Origin: Patiria miniata | Lineage: Eukaryota | Assembly: GCF_015706575.1 (NCBI RefSeq) | Contig: NW_024037060.1 | Location: forward strand, 2,664,515 to 2,728,514 | Length of the DNA: 64,000 nt | Direction: 5' to 3' | Shown: piece after piece, positions 59,905 to 64,000 of the stretch | How the letters are laid out: every line of letters begins with the position of its first letter | Position numbering within the stretch: the first letter of the stretch is position 1 | The notes under the pieces: model-generated | Told to the model about the DNA's origin: nothing | The model's input: the letters and a program-made list of their open reading frames with translations, nothing else | Database searches by the model: none | Position numbers and translations under genes: made by a program

Positions 59905-60877
59905 CAGGACCTGCCGGTCGCCACGTGCTGCAGCTTGTATGAGTTGTTTATGCAAGGTGTTGTCCCTAGCCCCGGGGCTAAGAGGTGTCGCTACAGCAAC
60001 GGATGACATCTGACCTCTAGGCTGTGCATTATTGTCTGGTACCCTGTCTCTTTGTTGCTGTAATGATGTTTCGGCTACAGTTTTGCTGGACGAGGATGCC
60101 GAGCTCATTTGAGTCTTCAAAATCTTGGCCTGCTGTTTGGCAATTCGTTCCCTGTCTCTGTCCTCTTTGTCTCGCTTCTTGTTCCGGTCTTTCAGTCTGG
60201 TTAGGGTTCTCTTAGCGTCCTTATTGTCTTCGTCCGATCCTGAAGCTCGGCTTGTGAGGTGATGCTGGGCCTTGTTGTTCCTCAGAAGATTAGACATGAG
60301 AAAGCGGACGCTCTTCCCTCTCGGGACCTTCTGTTTGGTCCTGATTGGGGAAAGGTCGCTAGACGCCAGACTGGACGTCAGGCTGCCGTCGCGGGACTCT
60401 GTCGTGCTAATCGATGAATTCAGACTTTCTTGATCCTCACTTGGGCACTGTACATGATTGACTGCGATACTCTGTTTTGCCGTTGCGCAAGTTGAGATGT
60501 CGTTGGGTTTATCCCCATTTCCTTCTCCATTCGCTTCAAACGCCAAGATAAACTGCATGAGCTCCTCCGAGTTAACGTCAATGCACAGCTCCTCGTCCGA
60601 TAGCACAGCATCCGAGGACTCCCCCTGAACAAAAGCATCCAGCAGGGCTTCGTTTTGGGCCACCTTGGCGTCCGAGAACCCCTCAGTTTCTCGAGGGTCC
60701 TTTTCCCATGTGACATTGTTGTTGTTGCGCCCACGGCTGGGTTCCAGTTCCTGCGATTTATTCTTGGATGATTTGGAAGACAGCAGCAGCTTTTTGAAAT
60801 CTTCCTCCAAGGATGATTTCCGAGGCCCTTGCTTTGATTGGTTGCTCCCTGATGTCGCATTTCTTTGCTTGTGGCCA
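59905..60877 (-). CDS. Large low-complexity exon (Ser/Lys/Asp/Glu-rich, KDRNKKRDKEDRDRERIAKQQAKILK) ending in the start of ankyrin repeat 1 (LHKQLIQAAARGDRQVL)
   Basis: This corresponds to the 311-aa - strand ORF in the track, whose 'M' is a TTG. The true exon begins at the acceptor tttttctaag| at 60877 and ends at the donor GTCCTG|gtgagt. The phase joins exon 2. The 172-aa ORF in the alternate frame is rejected. Confidence 0.7.
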
Positions 60878-61484
60878 CCTTAGAAAAATACAAATCCAGT
60901 CTTGATATTTTACAAGTGAATATGAATATTTTTGTCAAGAATGATACAGATCATTACTGGTTCCAATTTATGAATCTCCTAAGCACATAATTAGCAATAT
61001 TATAATGGTATTTAATATGATGTCAAAAGCCAGGTGTTTCTGCAGCTTTTTCAATACTAAGGCCAAAAAAAAAAATATTTGGTCTCTGGTCAGACCAAAG
61101 TTCCGGAATTGACACGGGGACGCGGCTTTTTTTTTTTTCCCAAGCTTGGATTGTACAGACAAGGTGGGGTACTATTTTGCTATTTGGTGTCCTCATGTAC
61201 ATTGGTGTCTTCCATAATTTGCCTAGGTGCTCTCGATCATTTGCCTTGGTGCAATTTCCCATTCCTTGGTGCTCTTTGGTAAAAAAAATTGAGGAGGTGC
61301 GGCAATAGAGGGCGCTGTTGGAGCTACCGCAGAACATTTTGAAAAAAAGAAAGATTGACGCGCATGATTAAAATCGACACGCGCGCTGACCAGAGACCGA
61401 CTTATTTTTTTTTTTGGCCTAACTCATGAAAACTATTTTTCGGGGAAATTATGCAATGGTTATGCAAAACAGTTTTATACAAAC

Positions 61485-61609
61485 CTTGCACTGACGTACT
61501 GTTGTGCGATTGTGATCTTGATGCCAACTTGGTTGGGTCAGGGTCTAGTGGCGTCCCTCCTTCGTTGGGGAAATTCTCAAAGTCATACTCTTCTGCGTCC
61601 TGCTGTTCC
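61485..61609 (-). CDS. Exon 2 of ankyrin/coiled-coil gene (EQQDAEEYDFENFPNEGGTPLDPDPTKLASRSQSHNSTSVQ)
   Basis: The acceptor is ctttgccag| and the donor is GTGCAAG|gtttgtat on the - strand. Phase continuity with the flanking exons gives no stops. Confidence 0.55.
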
Positions 61610-62144
61610 TGGCAAAGTTTCAGAAAATTAAAAAAAAACTCGAACTTTACTAGAAATGCTCTCAAAATGTGAAACTCTTGACTTCATATCTATCAAGTCA
61701 AGGAAAATTTAAGAAGGCATCGTACAAAATTACAGGATGGGGTGGGATAAGAAATTGGGATAAGGTGAGTATGAGAATGTGGGATAGGGTTCAAGTGTTT
61801 GTATTTAGTTTTGGGCTGTTCTTAGCATGTTAGTTCCTGAACTGAATCGTATTACATTGTGTTTATTCACTGAGGAATCAATATTTCAATAGAATAGCTG
61901 ACAGTTTCGGGCATTACGATTAAAAAGTAAACATAAGAAGTGTTTATAAGAGAACACATTACTGCTTACATGCTGCGCATGTGTTGTGCATGTGCTGTGA
62001 GCAGTAATCTTGATCTTGGCATTACTATGGATTTGGTCATAAATTTTAATGATGAATTTTTCCCTCGGTTTGTGGTAGAGTATCCAGCCCAAGGACACAA
62101 GTACTGGATGCTGACTTTTGACCTCTGACATCAACATGACTTAC

Positions 62145-62201
62145 CACAGGTGTTGAAGATCCCAAAAGGTCATCAATATCAATGACCTCTGCCTCCTCCA
62201 T
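62145..62201 (-). CDS. Candidate first coding exon of the ankyrin/coiled-coil gene (MEEAEVIDIDDLLGSSTPV)
   Basis: On the - strand an ATG at 62201 is followed by an acidic peptide and the donor CCTGTG|gtaagtc. It is in phase 0 with the next exon downstream. Alternative start sites cannot be excluded. Confidence 0.4.
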
Positions 62202-64000
62202 TGCTAGTCTCCATTCAAGCAGTTACAAAATGCTAGGTTTGTATTTTTGGTGCCATGGCACACCATATATCCCGTTGAAGAGTGCGTGTTTTTTTTTAAA
62301 CAGCAGTCATGTCTGGATAAAGATGAAAAAAAGTAGAAGATCAACTGGTCAAAGGTGCATGTTCAATGCCCCTCGACAAAAAAAACCCTGCACTCTGCAG
62401 ACTGCAGTCATTTCAGACAAACTCTCTTCAAATTTCCAATGAAAACTATACTCCTAGAAATATGATGCTCCGCATGAGGCTCCGCCTGAGCACAGAGATC
62501 ATAAACTCTGCGTGCACATTTCAAGTGTCAGGTTGGCTCTATTTTCATCATTTTGGCCTCAACACCGACAGAATCCAGCGATGTTTGTTAATATGTGCAA
62601 CTTAAGCGAGTATGTCAATGTCTATTGACATAGGTAGGCCTATTGTACGGAGTTTAGGGGCAAACTGTGCAGCGGTTCTGTGGGAAATTTTTGTGGTTTG
62701 ATGGACGTTTTTGTACTTAATTGGTGTTTCGTGCTGCAAACAATTTTGCGGGGTTCTGTGTGTATGACTTTGTGTGTATACGAGTACGAGCATCATAGTT
62801 CTAGGAGTATGAAAATTATACAGGCTAAGCTTGACCCACACTCGCTACAGTAAATAGTCGCATTACAAAAACAACAATAGTCATGATGATCGATACTGAT
62901 AGTCATATGAAAATTATGATAGTAGAAACAGAATCTATTTTTTCCTGTAATCAAGTAAGTAGGTCTACATTACAAGTTGAAGTTGTAAAGTAAGGTTCAC
63001 CTAGTCCAAGTAACTTGGACATGTTGGACCCAACTTATCGCCTTAGTTTAACATGTCCGAATGTTAAAAAGGCGATAAGTTCAAGTTGGGTCCAAGTTAC
63101 TCGGACTAGGTTCCACCAAAGGCACTAGTCAATTCCATACTCCATAGGCCTAGTAATATTAAATTCTGTTTCTGTAGGTGTTTAGTTTTCCTTTAATTTT
63201 GAGGCAAAATTTGAAGTGAATAAAATACACTGCAAACTTAAAAAGACAAAAATTAATAGCAATACTTACGGTCAGTTCAGTGTTTTCGCTAGAAAAGTGC
63301 GCACTCTACCGTCAACATTAATCACTGGTTTCCGTCGTTATGGACCCACTAAATTAATGTTGTGGTTGTCGGATACCAGTATTTTTTATTAACAATCCCA
63401 AGGGGGCGCTCTAACCAAAATAAGATAGCATCCGAATCGTGTTCCGCGTTACGTACAAGACGGGACATAGGCTACGTAGGGGGGAGGTGGGGGGGGGGGG
63501 GGGCTTCATATAAGTAGCAGTCAGATGATAAGGGGAGGGGGAAGGTTACTAATAACTAATAGATTCAAGCAAGGCAAAGGCCCTAAGGCTATATAGGATT
63601 TGAACGCGAAGAAGTGACTGCTAAAATGGCATTCTCAGTGGGTGAACGTGGGCGGGTTCGAATCCACATATGGTGTCCTTTCAGATTTCAATTCGCGCGC
63701 CTCCGATTATCTGTTGAACAGATTTGATTCACCATCATAAGATACATTATTTAGCATCATTGCTTAGCTATATGCTGCTGGGACTGTCCGCGAAGTCCGT
63801 GTTAGCATCTGCGGCGTACAGGATCAGGTCATCTGCAAGTGGTCTACTCGGTCGGAGACCAGGGCTAACCGTGCCGGCCTTGTTTCCTCCTTGGCCCAAC
63901 GGTTAGAAGGAAGTGGGTGCAAGGGCGGATCAAGAACACATTTTTTTTGGGGGGGGGGGGGCCAAAAAAATTTGGTCCCCCCAAAAGTGGATCAAAAAAT

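Noticed and set aside
60420-60938. 172-aa minus-strand ORF (MTKIFIFTCKISRLD...) overlapping the large ankyrin-gene exon
   Set aside because: This is the alternate frame of the same DNA. The other frame is the one that joins the upstream and downstream exons in phase and continues into an ankyrin consensus.
63590-63690. gggttcgaatcc-containing segment as a tRNA gene
   Set aside because: No acceptor stem or D-arm could be reconstructed. It is more likely another SINE-head fragment.
1-64000. A novel multi-gene 'system' (defence island, operon or similar)
   Set aside because: The sequence is intron-rich eukaryotic DNA with two ordinary, unrelated protein-coding genes in convergent orientation plus transposons. 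Nothing suggests a co-regulated or co-transferred gene system.

Overview
This window is eukaryotic, most likely invertebrate metazoan, nuclear DNA. It is AT-rich, full of introns, dense in transposable elements, and carries many long G/C homopolymers and minisatellites. It is not a prokaryotic gene island, so I find no CRISPR array, operon or defence-system architecture. Two multi-exon protein-coding genes dominate the window and converge tail-to-tail. I reconstructed both by hand from splice sites and phase continuity.

Gene A is on the + strand, about 22260-44078. It encodes a MEGF10/Draper/CED-1-family single-pass receptor. The reconstructed product has a signal peptide, the C-terminal end of an EMI domain, four laminin-type EGF repeats of the CxCxxGWxGxxC kind, a Thr/Pro-rich stalk, a transmembrane helix, and a long Ser/Pro-rich cytoplasmic tail. 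The tail contains a tandem nonapeptide repeat and three YxxL motifs.

Gene B is on the - strand, about 62201-50956. It encodes an ankyrin-repeat plus coiled-coil protein with large Ser-rich low-complexity exons, broadly RAI14/UACA/ANKRD24-like in overall architecture.

The first 17 kb holds only isolated exon candidates on the - strand: a transmembrane exon, two Cys-rich exons and a possible signal-anchor first exon. Their parent genes cannot be completed from the sequence.

Mobile elements and repeats include a tRNA-derived SINE family in four copies (two of them inside Gene A introns) and a 5'-truncated CR1/L2-like LINE 3' fragment embedded in a 57-bp minisatellite. There are three MITE-like elements with terminal inverted repeats (TIRs), one of which has piggyBac-like TTAA flanks and CCC...GGG termini. 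There is also a ~150-bp near-perfect palindrome carrying TGACGTCA motifs in a Gene A intron, two clean minisatellites (18-bp and 23-bp units), and G/C homopolymers up to ~38 nt.

I found no evidence for a novel 'system' in the prokaryotic sense. The most interesting biology here is the compact Draper-like receptor with its unusual repeat-bearing tail, and the transposon content.
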